Source: an uncultured Sphingobacterium sp. (GTDB lineage: Bacteria > Bacteroidota > Bacteroidia > SpSt-205). Taken from it: 64,000 nucleotides of DNA. Positions 47,885 to 56,966 of this stretch are shown here, piece by piece. The stretch lies in assembly GCA_964489015.1 (NCBI GenBank), contig CAZAXD010000006.1, positions 15,574-79,573 on the forward strand. The letters run 5' to 3'. The position numbers were made by a program, and so were the translations under genes. The first letter of the stretch is position 1. Every line of letters starts with the position of its first letter. Under the pieces are notes generated by a model, which saw only the letters and a program-made list of their open reading frames with translations, was not told the origin of the DNA and ran no database searches.

Positions 47885-48131
47885 GGTATGTAACGCTAGG
47901 AATATAAACCAGAAGGTTCTAGCCTATAGACTCTCACCGAAGATAATAGCCAGGTCACGCCTAGACAACTTATCAGGTACAACTACTAGGAAGCTCACCT
48001 AATACTTGAGACGGGGAGAAAATGAGCCCTTCACAAGCATTCTGCCAGATAGGCTGGATAAATCCCTAAAAAGGCATGATATTCAGGTCCCTTACAGCAT
48101 CAAAGACACGGGAGACACGAAGCTAATCCAA

Positions 48132-49283
48132 TCATGGCAACGGGCGTTTGAGATAGGCTGGCACATCGTCTCGGGCTTGGATACGGGCTAGGCGGGCCTG
48201 GGCTAGGTCAGAGCGGCTGATTTTCTGGTAGTAAAGGGCTACTTCCCGCTGCAGGCGGGCCCAGGTCGGAGCGGGAAAAGTGCGTAAGCGCTCAAGCAGC
48301 GTATCCATCTTACCAAAAGCCGCTTCTGCCTCGGCATAAGCACCTTCCTCTCGATAGCACATGCCGAGCACCCCATAAGCCTGGGCTGCTTCTGACGTGG
48401 GGTACGTGCTGGTAATGAGATAACAAGGCGGCTTAGGGCAGCTTTCTTCGTAGTGTTCTAGCCATGGCATAATAACAGCGCGGGCCTCGCGGTATCGCCG
48501 CTTCTCGTAGAGCGCCTCCGCTTGCATACGCCGAAAGAGACTATTGCGCGGATACTGCGTGGTGAGCCGACTGAGCCAGTGTAGCGCACTATCCGGCACC
48601 TTCTCCTGATACAGGTAGATGTACCCTAGAAAGTACATAGCCTCGGTCTGAGTATAATTGAAGCTATCGCGGGCGCACGCTGCCAAACGACTTAAGCCCC
48701 GCACCTTATCGCCCGGCGGAAAGGCTACTAGGATCGGCCGCATGATAGGATAGTTTTGCTTGAAATAAGCGATATAGTACTCATAAAGCCCGAGTTCAAA
48801 CTGCATTTCGGGATAGTCGGGGGCGTGCTTTCGTAGCCCCTCTAGCAGCGCGAGCAGACTACAGGCTTCCCAAACGGAGCGTAGAAGATACCCCCGCACG
48901 TATAAGCGGCGAACATGCAGGGCCCGATTAGCAAACCCAATGAAGTAAGTCTCTAGAGGCGCCTTGCTACAGCAGCGCAGAAGCGAATCGGTCCGTGCAA
49001 TGGCCTTAGCCCAAGCATTATCAAACCAAGTGGTAGCGGGGTCGAGCTCAATCTGCCAGCTATGCAGCAATGCCTGTAGATAGGTAGTACCGGCATAAGG
49101 GCCGTACTGCCCTTCTAAGCGACGTAGCTGAGCCAGCGCCTCGTGAAAGCGGATGTCATACACCAGGCGCAGGGCCGCCAGGGCCTGCGTGCGATAGGCT
49201 GCCTGATAAGGCAGCGGTTGCGCCAGCGCTAAGGCTGTGCACAGGGCGGCTTTGTGCCAATGCCAAACGGATCCCATCCCCAC
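48132..49283 (-). CDS. secreted TPR-like helical-repeat protein
   Basis: 383 aa; signal peptide (...AALCTALALAQP); all-alpha repeat composition. Overlaps the upstream REC gene by 55 nt. Confidence 0.45.
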   Translation of the reverse strand: MGMGSVWHWHKAALCTALALAQPLPYQAAYRTQALAALRLVYDIRFHEALAQLRRLEGQYGPYAGTTYLQALLHSWQIELDPATTWFDNAWAKAIARTDSLLRCCSKAPLETYFIGFANRALHVRRLYVRGYLLRSVWEACSLLALLEGLRKHAPDYPEMQFELGLYEYYIAYFKQNYPIMRPILVAFPPGDKVRGLSRLAACARDSFNYTQTEAMYFLGYIYLYQEKVPDSALHWLSRLTTQYPRNSLFRRMQAEALYEKRRYREARAVIMPWLEHYEESCPKPPCYLITSTYPTSEAAQAYGVLGMCYREEGAYAEAEAAFGKMDTLLERLRTFPAPTWARLQREVALYYQKISRSDLAQARLARIQARDDVPAYLKRPLP

Positions 49284-49792
49284 AGCCGCTGATCCGGACA
49301 GAGCTGAACGTAAACCGCCAACCAGATAAGCACCGCTAAAAGCAAAATACCCATAATGAGCACCTGGGATCGTCGCAGCCGGATACGCAGCTCAATCACC
49401 TGGCGGGCTAAGGCTTCCGCCCGCTCGATATTACGGAAGGCGATCCGAAGCCGATCCCAGACCTGATCGCCTTTAACGACATAATCATAGGCTCCATACG
49501 TGAAGGTATCGGCTGCCGTTTGGACGTCTTCTTGAGCAGAGAGCATGATGACATAGGGCGGCTTATCGGGGTCTTCATGCTTACGCAGGGCTTTGAGAAT
49601 GCTAATGCCGGTCTGGTCCGTCCCTAGATGATAATCTAATAGGATATACTTCGGGAGCTTTTCGGTTTTGATAGCCGTGGTAGCTTCGCTCGCAGACGAG
49701 AAGTGCCGAATGGTATACTTCTCACGCAGGCGCTCCTGGAGCACTTCTGCCCAAATGGGGTCGTCTTCGATGATCCACAGGGTCGGCTTCAC
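49229..49792 (-). CDS. single-domain response regulator (REC) with C-terminal transmembrane anchor
   Basis: MKPTLWIIEDD...LLDYHLG...IMLSAQ...YVVKG receiver motifs, then the hydrophobic helix VLIMGILLLAVLIWLAVYV. Start reassigned to the GTG 49792, because the caller's TTG lies in the -7 box. Confidence 0.7.
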   Translation of the reverse strand: MKPTLWIIEDDPIWAEVLQERLREKYTIRHFSSASEATTAIKTEKLPKYILLDYHLGTDQTGISILKALRKHEDPDKPPYVIMLSAQEDVQTAADTFTYGAYDYVVKGDQVWDRLRIAFRNIERAEALARQVIELRIRLRRSQVLIMGILLLAVLIWLAVYVQLCPDQRLWGWDPFGIGTKPPCAQP

Positions 49793-49796
49793 AAGA

Positions 49797-49804
49797 CAAA
49801 GGTA
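49797..49804 (-). promoter_or_regulatory. -7 box (tacctttg) for REC-TM / TPR operon
   Basis: Exact motif 4 nt upstream of the GTG at 49792. Confidence 0.55.
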
Positions 49805-49813
49805 CAAACCGCG

Positions 49814-49821
49814 TTATTTTG
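49814..49821 (+). promoter_or_regulatory. -7-like box (ttattttg, 1 mismatch) for topA
   Basis: 4 nt upstream of the ATG at 49826. Divergent from, and 10 nt away from, the REC-TM box. Confidence 0.4.
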
Positions 49822-49825
49822 CCCC

Positions 49826-52174
49826 ATGGCTCGGTCGCTGATCATCGTGGAGTCTCCTACGAAGGCCAAGACCATTACCCGCCTACTCAAAGGGCAATAC
49901 GACGTCATCGCTTCTCAAGGCCATATTCGGGACCTTCCCAAGCGCGGCTTATCGATTGAGATTACGCCTGAAAAGGTCTTTATCCCACGATACGAGACTT
50001 TGCAGAATAAACAAGCTATTCTCAACCAGCTCAAACGCGCCGTTAAGGAAGCCGCTGAGGTTTGGCTCGCTACCGATGAAGACCGAGAGGGCGAGGCTAT
50101 CGCCTGGCATATCTGCGAAGCTCTTGAGCTTGATAGAGAAAAGCCTATCCGTATTGCCTTTCATGAAATAACGGAGCGGGCCCTAAACGAAGCGCTCACC
50201 AACCCGAGACCGATCGCCATGGCCCTGGTGAATGCCCAGCAAGCCCGTCGTCTGCTGGATAGAATCGTCGGCTATGAGTTATCTCCCCTTCTGTGGCGAG
50301 CCTTTCCCTCCGCCAAGGGGACTTCCAAAAAATCTAGTGCCCTTTCGGCTGGACGGGTGCAGTCTGCTGCCCTGAGGCTTATCGTAGAACGCGAGTGGGC
50401 GATTCAGCAGCATCAGCCCAGCCGCAGCCTTGAGGCGCGGATCCAACTTCAGACGCCTACGCCGCTCTGGGCTAAATTGCAAAAGCCCCCCCTAGAAGAC
50501 CTTCCAAGCGCCCAGGAACTGCTCCGGTCGCTTGTCGGCAGGCGCCTTCACCTCAAAAGCCGCCAAACAAAGCAGCAAGCCGAACGGCCCCAAGCGCCTT
50601 TCACCACCTCTACCCTCCAGCAGGAAGCCCAGCGCCGCTTAGGCTTTGCCATTAGCCGAACCATGCGGGCCGCTCAGGCCCTCTACGAAAAGGGCTTCAT
50701 TACGTATATGCGTACAGACTCCACCTATCTCGCTCCAGAAGCCCGTGCTGCTATCCACAATGTGATCCGGACGTCCTATGGCGAAAACTACCTCGAACCG
50801 CATGACTTCAGCCAAAAGAAAGCCCAGTTTGCGCAGGAAGCCCACGAAGCCATCCGCCCTACCGACCCTAACCTCCAGTCGGCTGGCGATACGCCCGACG
50901 AAGAAAAGCTCTACCAGCTCATCTGGAGTCGTACTGTAGCTAGCCAAATGAAACCCGCTCTCTATGAAAAAACTCGGCTAACCTTTGTGCCAGAACCGCC
51001 AACCTCCCCTGAGATTTCCTTCGCCGCAGAAGGGGAGATTCTGGTTTTTGATGGGTATTTGCGCGCTTACCGCGGGGCACCAAGTGAGGCGAAAGAAACC
51101 CTCCCCCCTCTGCAGGAAGATACGCTCTACGAGTGGATCCTGCTGGAAATTCAAGAGAAATTTTCTGCGCCGCCGGCTCACTATACTGAAGGTACCCTTG
51201 TCAAGGAGCTGGAAGAGCGAGGGATCGGCCGCCCTTCGACTTATGTGCCCACCTTGGAAACGCTCTTCAAGCGAGGTTATATCCGTCGGGCTACAGCGAA
51301 AACGCCGCTGCCCCCTTATCAGCTTGTGCGCATCGAACGGGACGACAAGACCACCTCTCAGACCGTTTCGCCTCCGCCCCGCGAAGAAAAAGGCAAACTC
51401 GTTCCGACCGATTTAGGGATTTTGGTGACGCAGTTCCTCCTAGAGCACTTTCCGGATATTGTCGATTATGATTTCACGAGCCAGGTTGAACATGAACTAG
51501 ATCAGATCGCCGCCAATGAGATAGACTGGCAAACGGTACTTCGCCAGTTCTATGAGCAATTCGCACCTAAGGTCGCGCAGACACCGCTCCAGACCAAAAA
51601 CCTGCGACAACGCCTCTTAGGCTATGATCCGGTTAGCGGCCGGGCGATCTATGCCTGTTATGGCAAACACGGCCCTTATCTACAACTAGGGGAATCTACG
51701 GATGCAGATGTGCGCCGGACGGCTTTACCCCCTGGTAAACGCCTAGACACCGTGACCCTGGAAGAAGCCTTAGCGCTCCTGAGCTTCCCGCGCCAGCTTG
51801 GCTTACACGAGGGTAAGCCCGTAGAACTGCATCATGGCCCCTATGGCTTCTATCTCAAGTACGACGGCAAAAACTACAAACTCCCTCCCTCTACCGAGCC
51901 ATATGACCTCTCTTTAGAAGAAGCCGTCCCTATTCTGACCCAGTCGGGCCATAGTGGGACCCTCGCTACCTTCCCTGAGGCCGGTATTACCGTGCGCCAC
52001 GGCCGTTTTGGCCCTTACTTTACCTACCAGGGCCAAAACTATAGCCTAAAGGGCGTCGACCTTCAAACGCTCACCCCCGGGCTGTGCCTGCAGATCGTAG
52101 CCCAGAAGTCGACCAGTCCGGATAAAAGCTCAGCGCACAAGCCTGCTAAGCGCCCCGCTAAACGGCGCGGCTAA
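49826..52174 (+). CDS. topA: DNA topoisomerase I
   Basis: SLIIVESPTKAKTI Toprim, catalytic Tyr region, and C-terminal Topo_C repeats (GPYGFYLKYDGKNYKLP etc.). Start at ATG 49826 by homology and a near-consensus -7 box. Confidence 0.9.
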   Translation: MARSLIIVESPTKAKTITRLLKGQYDVIASQGHIRDLPKRGLSIEITPEKVFIPRYETLQNKQAILNQLKRAVKEAAEVWLATDEDREGEAIAWHICEALELDREKPIRIAFHEITERALNEALTNPRPIAMALVNAQQARRLLDRIVGYELSPLLWRAFPSAKGTSKKSSALSAGRVQSAALRLIVEREWAIQQHQPSRSLEARIQLQTPTPLWAKLQKPPLEDLPSAQELLRSLVGRRLHLKSRQTKQQAERPQAPFTTSTLQQEAQRRLGFAISRTMRAAQALYEKGFITYMRTDSTYLAPEARAAIHNVIRTSYGENYLEPHDFSQKKAQFAQEAHEAIRPTDPNLQSAGDTPDEEKLYQLIWSRTVASQMKPALYEKTRLTFVPEPPTSPEISFAAEGEILVFDGYLRAYRGAPSEAKETLPPLQEDTLYEWILLEIQEKFSAPPAHYTEGTLVKELEERGIGRPSTYVPTLETLFKRGYIRRATAKTPLPPYQLVRIERDDKTTSQTVSPPPREEKGKLVPTDLGILVTQFLLEHFPDIVDYDFTSQVEHELDQIAANEIDWQTVLRQFYEQFAPKVAQTPLQTKNLRQRLLGYDPVSGRAIYACYGKHGPYLQLGESTDADVRRTALPPGKRLDTVTLEEALALLSFPRQLGLHEGKPVELHHGPYGFYLKYDGKNYKLPPSTEPYDLSLEEAVPILTQSGHSGTLATFPEAGITVRHGRFGPYFTYQGQNYSLKGVDLQTLTPGLCLQIVAQKSTSPDKSSAHKPAKRPAKRRG

Positions 52175-53504
52175 TATCCCAGTTCTCTAGCAAATCGGCT
52201 ACGCGCCGCACAAACGCTCCCCCCAGGGCCCCGTCAATGATGCGGTGGTCATAAGAGTGTGACAGAAACATCATATGCCGCACCGCAATCATATCTCCTT
52301 GGGGCGTGTCTAGCACTTGAGGCTTTTTACGGATAGCGCCCGTGGCTAAGATGGCTACCTGGGGTTGTAAAATAACGGGGGTGCCCATGACATTCCCAAA
52401 GGTGCCCACGTTGGAAAGCGTATAAGTGCCGCCTGTAATCTCATCGGGCTTTAGCTGGCCCGCACGGGCTCGACGACTGAGGTCATTGACAGTCGCCGCA
52501 ATGCCTGCTAGATTGAGCCGATCGGCATGCCGTACCACTGGAACGATCAGATTATTAGTCGGCAGCGCAACCGCTACCCCGATATGTATCTCTTTTTTCA
52601 GCAAAATCTTATCGCCTTCGACGGAGGCATTGAGCTGGGGAAATTCCCGCAGGACTTGGGCTAAAATCTCGATAAAGGCATGCGTAAACGTAAGCTTTTC
52701 ACCATATTTTTCCTCAAATCCGGCTTTAACCCGTTCACGCCATAGGACAAGGGACGTTACATCCGCTTCTACAAAGCTTGTAACGTGGGGCGAGACGTGT
52801 TTAGAGTAGACCATGTTTTCGGCGATGAGGCGCCGCATACGGTCCATCTCTTGCACCTCCATCGCTCCACTGTGGGTGAAAGCCTTTTTCGGTATCAGGA
52901 TAAAATGTTCCTGCAGGTAGGCAATGATTTCATTCACAGATGCAGGCGGCGTAGAAGGCGCTGCAGTGGGCTGGGGTGCAGCAGGGGAGGAAACAGGAGC
53001 CGGTGCCGTAGAACGCTTTTCGAGGTAGGCTAAGAGGTCTTTTTTCGTGACACGCCCACCTAGGCCGCTTCCGGCGATCGTGGCGAGCTCTTCCTTGGTG
53101 AGACCGGCCTCCTGCGCGATCGTGCGCACCAGTGGTGAATAGAACCGCTCTCCATCCCGAGCCGGGATACGCGTAGAAGTGGCTTCAGCTGGCGCTGGAG
53201 CCTGTACACCATTCGTAGCAATAGGCTCTGGGGCAGCCGTTGCCGGCGCAGCCGTAATTAAAGCCTCTCCTTCTTCGACAATGATAGCCAGCACTGTCCC
53301 AATGGGTACCGTCTGCCCTTCCGGCACCCGAATCTCGGCTAGGGTACCGCTGACAGGTGCGGGAACCTCGGAGTCGACCTTATCGGTTGCAATCTCGAGT
53401 ACAGGTTCGTCTGCCTCAACCCGATCGCCAGGCCTTTTGAGCCAGCGAATGATGCGGGCCTCCATGACACTTTCCCCCATTTTAGGGAGTACAAGCTCTG
53501 CCAT
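52158..53504 (-). CDS. dihydrolipoamide acyltransferase (E2 of a 2-oxoacid dehydrogenase complex)
   Basis: Lipoyl domain (EIATDKVDSEVPAPVSG), Ala/Pro linker, E3-binding domain, and catalytic DHRIIDGA. Confidence 0.85.
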   Translation of the reverse strand: MAELVLPKMGESVMEARIIRWLKRPGDRVEADEPVLEIATDKVDSEVPAPVSGTLAEIRVPEGQTVPIGTVLAIIVEEGEALITAAPATAAPEPIATNGVQAPAPAEATSTRIPARDGERFYSPLVRTIAQEAGLTKEELATIAGSGLGGRVTKKDLLAYLEKRSTAPAPVSSPAAPQPTAAPSTPPASVNEIIAYLQEHFILIPKKAFTHSGAMEVQEMDRMRRLIAENMVYSKHVSPHVTSFVEADVTSLVLWRERVKAGFEEKYGEKLTFTHAFIEILAQVLREFPQLNASVEGDKILLKKEIHIGVAVALPTNNLIVPVVRHADRLNLAGIAATVNDLSRRARAGQLKPDEITGGTYTLSNVGTFGNVMGTPVILQPQVAILATGAIRKKPQVLDTPQGDMIAVRHMMFLSHSYDHRIIDGALGGAFVRRVADLLENWDISRAV

Positions 53505-53513
53505 CGCTCAAAT

Positions 53514-54578
53514 TTAGCGCAAACCCACCACTTGACAGGCCTCAAGAAAAGCGCGCTGGAAGGCTTCAATGGCTTGCGTATGCCGATAGGACTCCCGAAT
53601 GAGGGTGGCGCTTGCCTCGGAAATGTGCTGCTTCTCTGCCGCAGAAAGGTCAAAGAAACGCAGCACCGCCTCGGCAGCTCTTTCAGCCGAAAGAGGAACA
53701 GTGCCCTTAGGCCAAACCTGAGCTACGACTTCCTTCGCTCCCGTCCACTCAGACACCATGGCAGGCACACCAAGCGCCATAGCTTCCAGAACGGTAATAC
53801 CATAGGCTTCACCCCGTCCTAAGTGCAGGTAAAGTCCTGCTTGGGTGAAAAACGGTACTAGCTCAGACTGGGCGCCCCAAAAACGCACCGATACATTAGG
53901 ATAAACCCGCCTAAGCCGCTCGATCTCCTCTGGTGCCCAGTCCCCCACTACCCATCCCTCTATCTGAGGTCGATAGAGACTGACTTTGGATAGGGTTTCG
54001 AGCCATAGGTCGAGCCCCTTGTACCACGTTCTAAAGCCGCCAGGGCCATGAGCCACGAGAAGGATGATGGAGCTGTGCGGATTATACTGGGGTGGCGCCG
54101 CTAGGATTTTGTCTGGCACCCCGTTGAAGCCTACAAAGGTGGGGGGCGTGTGCCTTCCTAGGAGCATACGCAGCAATTCGGCCTGCATCTGACCTATCAC
54201 AATAAGCGCATCATAGCGCCTAAGCGCTTGCAAAAGCCCCCAGTGACTGAGTCGGGGAAGATATCGACTATGGAGGAAAAAAAGCGTTTCATTGTCCAGC
54301 AAACCGATGACAGGCGTCTTTTTAGCCCGGACCTGCTTTGCAACGGGGGGCCAAACATGCGGCCCCTCTACAAGTACGACTTCATAATCCTCATATGGAA
54401 ACGCGGCTCCACATTGAAACCATCTCCAGTACCGCTTGTAAGCAGGTAGATTGAGGTCATGCCAACGTGCCCATTCGTCTATGTAGCGCAACTCAGCACC
54501 CACAGATTGGGCATAAGCTCTGTGGATCCAATGCGCCGCTGGACGTCCCTCCAAAAAAACGGCTTTAGGCCAATGCAT
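53514..54578 (-). CDS. GT1-type glycosyltransferase (Glycos_transf_1 fold)
   Basis: 354 aa; GT-B C-terminal motif (...GRGEAYGITVLEAMALGVPAMVSEW...). Confidence 0.7.
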   Translation of the reverse strand: MHWPKAVFLEGRPAAHWIHRAYAQSVGAELRYIDEWARWHDLNLPAYKRYWRWFQCGAAFPYEDYEVVLVEGPHVWPPVAKQVRAKKTPVIGLLDNETLFFLHSRYLPRLSHWGLLQALRRYDALIVIGQMQAELLRMLLGRHTPPTFVGFNGVPDKILAAPPQYNPHSSIILLVAHGPGGFRTWYKGLDLWLETLSKVSLYRPQIEGWVVGDWAPEEIERLRRVYPNVSVRFWGAQSELVPFFTQAGLYLHLGRGEAYGITVLEAMALGVPAMVSEWTGAKEVVAQVWPKGTVPLSAERAAEAVLRFFDLSAAEKQHISEASATLIRESYRHTQAIEAFQRAFLEACQVVGLR

Positions 54579-55740
54579 GGATAGGCTGCATCTGATTAGA
54601 CAAATACGCGGCGATACGATCCTTATAATGGGTCAGCGTGTATGCTTCTAAGACTCGAGTCCTAGCAGCCACACCCACTTCGCGACACAAGGTCAGATTC
54701 TCATAAAGCCGGAGAATAGCTTCCATCAAGGCTTCCACACTGTGAGGAGGTACAACATATCCTTCATCACTTGTGATGACATCCGGTCCGCAACTATGGA
54801 TAGTCGTGATAACCGGACGCCCACAAGCCATCGCCTCTAATATCACCAACCCAAACGAATCTAGTAGAGTAGGGAAAACAATCACCGAAGCTTGATTGTA
54901 AAGGTCCACCAATTCGGCTCGTTCATGAGCCCCTTTGTGGATGAATAAACCCTCATACCTGGCTAGGATCGGCTTCATCTCACTCCACAATGGCCCCACC
55001 AGCCATAACTCCGCATGAGGCAGGGCTAACCTGCGGTAGGCTTCTAACAGATAATCTATGCCCTTTAAGAGCGCTATGCGACCCACATAAACAATACGAA
55101 AAGGATTGTGGGAGATGGGCTGTTTAGGTTGGAATAGCTCAGTATCTACACCAAGGGGTAGCACATGCAATTTATGGGCTGGCACATTCTGCGCGAGGCA
55201 GCTCTGTCTAGCAAAAGAAGAGAGGACTTGGATGCTATCGGCCTCTGCGAATTCTGCCTCAATGCGGGAGACATAGGCCGGAGGCAATAAACCTGCATAA
55301 CTAGGTAGATCAGAGTAGCGTCCATAGACTGACTGGGCGATGAGCTGCCAAGCACGAGGATGAATGGTGGGAAGCTCTAAAAGCGTACGAAGCCCCCGTC
55401 TTCGAGCCTTTCTAAGGCTACATAAGCTCATACCACTCCATCCCCATAATACCCCTTCGGCAGGCAAATAGCTGCTGCTTAGCCAGTCATACAGGATAAA
55501 TTCCCAGGTCTTAGGATGCTCGTACCGCTTAAAATAAGGAATACGCCGCCACAATGCCCACATGAGGTGAACGGTCGGCTTGTAAAAGCGACTGCGAGCT
55601 ATGACCTGATCATGCTCATCCCAAACCTGCCAATCTGGATAATAACTAATCACCTTCCGCGCATAGCCTATCTCTCGTAAAAGCTTGGCCAAGAGGGGGG
55701 CATGATGTCCAGGTCCTGTGTGAAGCACGACAGAGACCAT
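54565..55740 (-). CDS. GT1-type glycosyltransferase (Glycos_transf_1 fold)
   Basis: GT-B motif (...FPTLLDSFGLVILEAMACGRPVITT...). Start set at the ATG 55740, 6 nt downstream of an exact -7 box. Confidence 0.7.
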   Translation of the reverse strand: MVSVVLHTGPGHHAPLLAKLLREIGYARKVISYYPDWQVWDEHDQVIARSRFYKPTVHLMWALWRRIPYFKRYEHPKTWEFILYDWLSSSYLPAEGVLWGWSGMSLCSLRKARRRGLRTLLELPTIHPRAWQLIAQSVYGRYSDLPSYAGLLPPAYVSRIEAEFAEADSIQVLSSFARQSCLAQNVPAHKLHVLPLGVDTELFQPKQPISHNPFRIVYVGRIALLKGIDYLLEAYRRLALPHAELWLVGPLWSEMKPILARYEGLFIHKGAHERAELVDLYNQASVIVFPTLLDSFGLVILEAMACGRPVITTIHSCGPDVITSDEGYVVPPHSVEALMEAILRLYENLTLCREVGVAARTRVLEAYTLTHYKDRIAAYLSNQMQPIHALA

Positions 55741-55746
55741 TTCCAC

Positions 55747-55754
55747 CAAAAGTA
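55747..55754 (-). promoter_or_regulatory. -7 box (tacttttg) for GT1-GT1-E2 operon
   Basis: Exact motif 6 nt upstream of the ATG at 55740. The divergent sucC start at 55770 is preceded by the near-match taatattg. Confidence 0.55.
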
Positions 55755-55769
55755 GCTAATATTGTAAGA

Positions 55770-56966
55770 ATGAAGCTGCATGAATATCAAGCGAAAGACT
55801 TGCTGAGCCAATGGCAAATTCCTGTAGCGGGCGGTTATGTCGCCATGTCAGCCGAAGAAGCAGTCGAAGCTGCCCGCAAGATTGACCCCACGGGAAAAGG
55901 GCCCTGGGTTCTCAAGGCCCAGATTCATGCAGGGGGCCGTGGCAAAGCCGGCGGCGTCAAGCTCGCCAAGTCTCTGGAAGAGGTCAAAAGCTTAGCGAGT
56001 CAAATGATCGGCATGACCCTCGTCACCCCCCAAACCGGCCCTCAGGGCAAAGTCGTTCATAAACTCTACATCACAGGAGACGCTTTTTATCCAGGTCCTA
56101 GTCCAGTCCGGGAATTTTATGTGAGCTTTACCTTAGACCGAGCTGTAGGACGAGATGTCCTTATCGCGAGCGCCGAGGGCGGGGTCGAAATCGAGGAAGT
56201 AGCCAAAACCCGCCCAGAAGCTATCATCAAGCATCACGTTAATCCCACTGTCGGTCTCATGCCCTATCAAGCGCGAGAAGTAGCCTACGCTCTGGGACTA
56301 ACGGGTGAGGCCTTCAAAAACGCTGTAGATTTTCTCATCCGACTTTATAAAGTCTACGACGCTTTAGACGCGAGTCTCCTGGAGATCAACCCAATGCTTA
56401 AGACGTCTGACGACAAAATCATCGCTTTAGATGCTAAGTTAGAAATCGAAGACAACGGTCTCGGCGTGCGTCATCGTCATTTAGAAAGCTGGCGCGATAC
56501 CACCGAAGAAGAGCCTCTAGAAACCGAAGCCCGAGAAGCCGGACTAAGCTACGTCAAGCTCGATGGGAATGTCGGCTGTATGGTCAATGGGGCTGGATTA
56601 GCCATGGCTACCATGGATATTATCAAGCTAGCAGGGGGCTGGCCGGCTAACTTCCTAGACGTAGGCGGCGGCGCTAATGTCGAACGCATCGCTAAAGCCT
56701 TTCAGATCCTCCTCAAAGACCCCAATGTCAAAGTGATTCTAATCAACATTTTCGGTGGTATCGTTCAATGTGACCGGGTGGCCCATGGCATCTTGGAAGC
56801 CTACAAGCGGATCGGTCATATTCCGGTGCCGCTAGTTGTGCGCCTTCAGGGCACGAATGCCGACCTAGCTGCTCAAATTCTAGCAGGGTCTGGCCTCCCT
56901 ATCGTTTCTGCGACGGAGCTAGCCGAAGCGGCTCAGAAAGTACAGGCTGTCTTACAACAAGCGTGA
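55770..56966 (+). CDS. sucC: succinyl-CoA synthetase beta subunit
   Basis: MKLHEYQAKDLL..., ATP-grasp domain, and CoA-ligase domain (GNVGCMVNGAGLAMATMD). No sucD adjacent. Confidence 0.9.
   Translation: MKLHEYQAKDLLSQWQIPVAGGYVAMSAEEAVEAARKIDPTGKGPWVLKAQIHAGGRGKAGGVKLAKSLEEVKSLASQMIGMTLVTPQTGPQGKVVHKLYITGDAFYPGPSPVREFYVSFTLDRAVGRDVLIASAEGGVEIEEVAKTRPEAIIKHHVNPTVGLMPYQAREVAYALGLTGEAFKNAVDFLIRLYKVYDALDASLLEINPMLKTSDDKIIALDAKLEIEDNGLGVRHRHLESWRDTTEEEPLETEAREAGLSYVKLDGNVGCMVNGAGLAMATMDIIKLAGGWPANFLDVGGGANVERIAKAFQILLKDPNVKVILINIFGGIVQCDRVAHGILEAYKRIGHIPVPLVVRLQGTNADLAAQILAGSGLPIVSATELAEAAQKVQAVLQQA

Noticed and set aside
48006-48191. 61-aa ORF in the AT-rich convergent spacer
   Set aside because: No -7 box or RBS, low-complexity sequence, and it overlaps the 3' end of the TPR gene. 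More likely non-coding.
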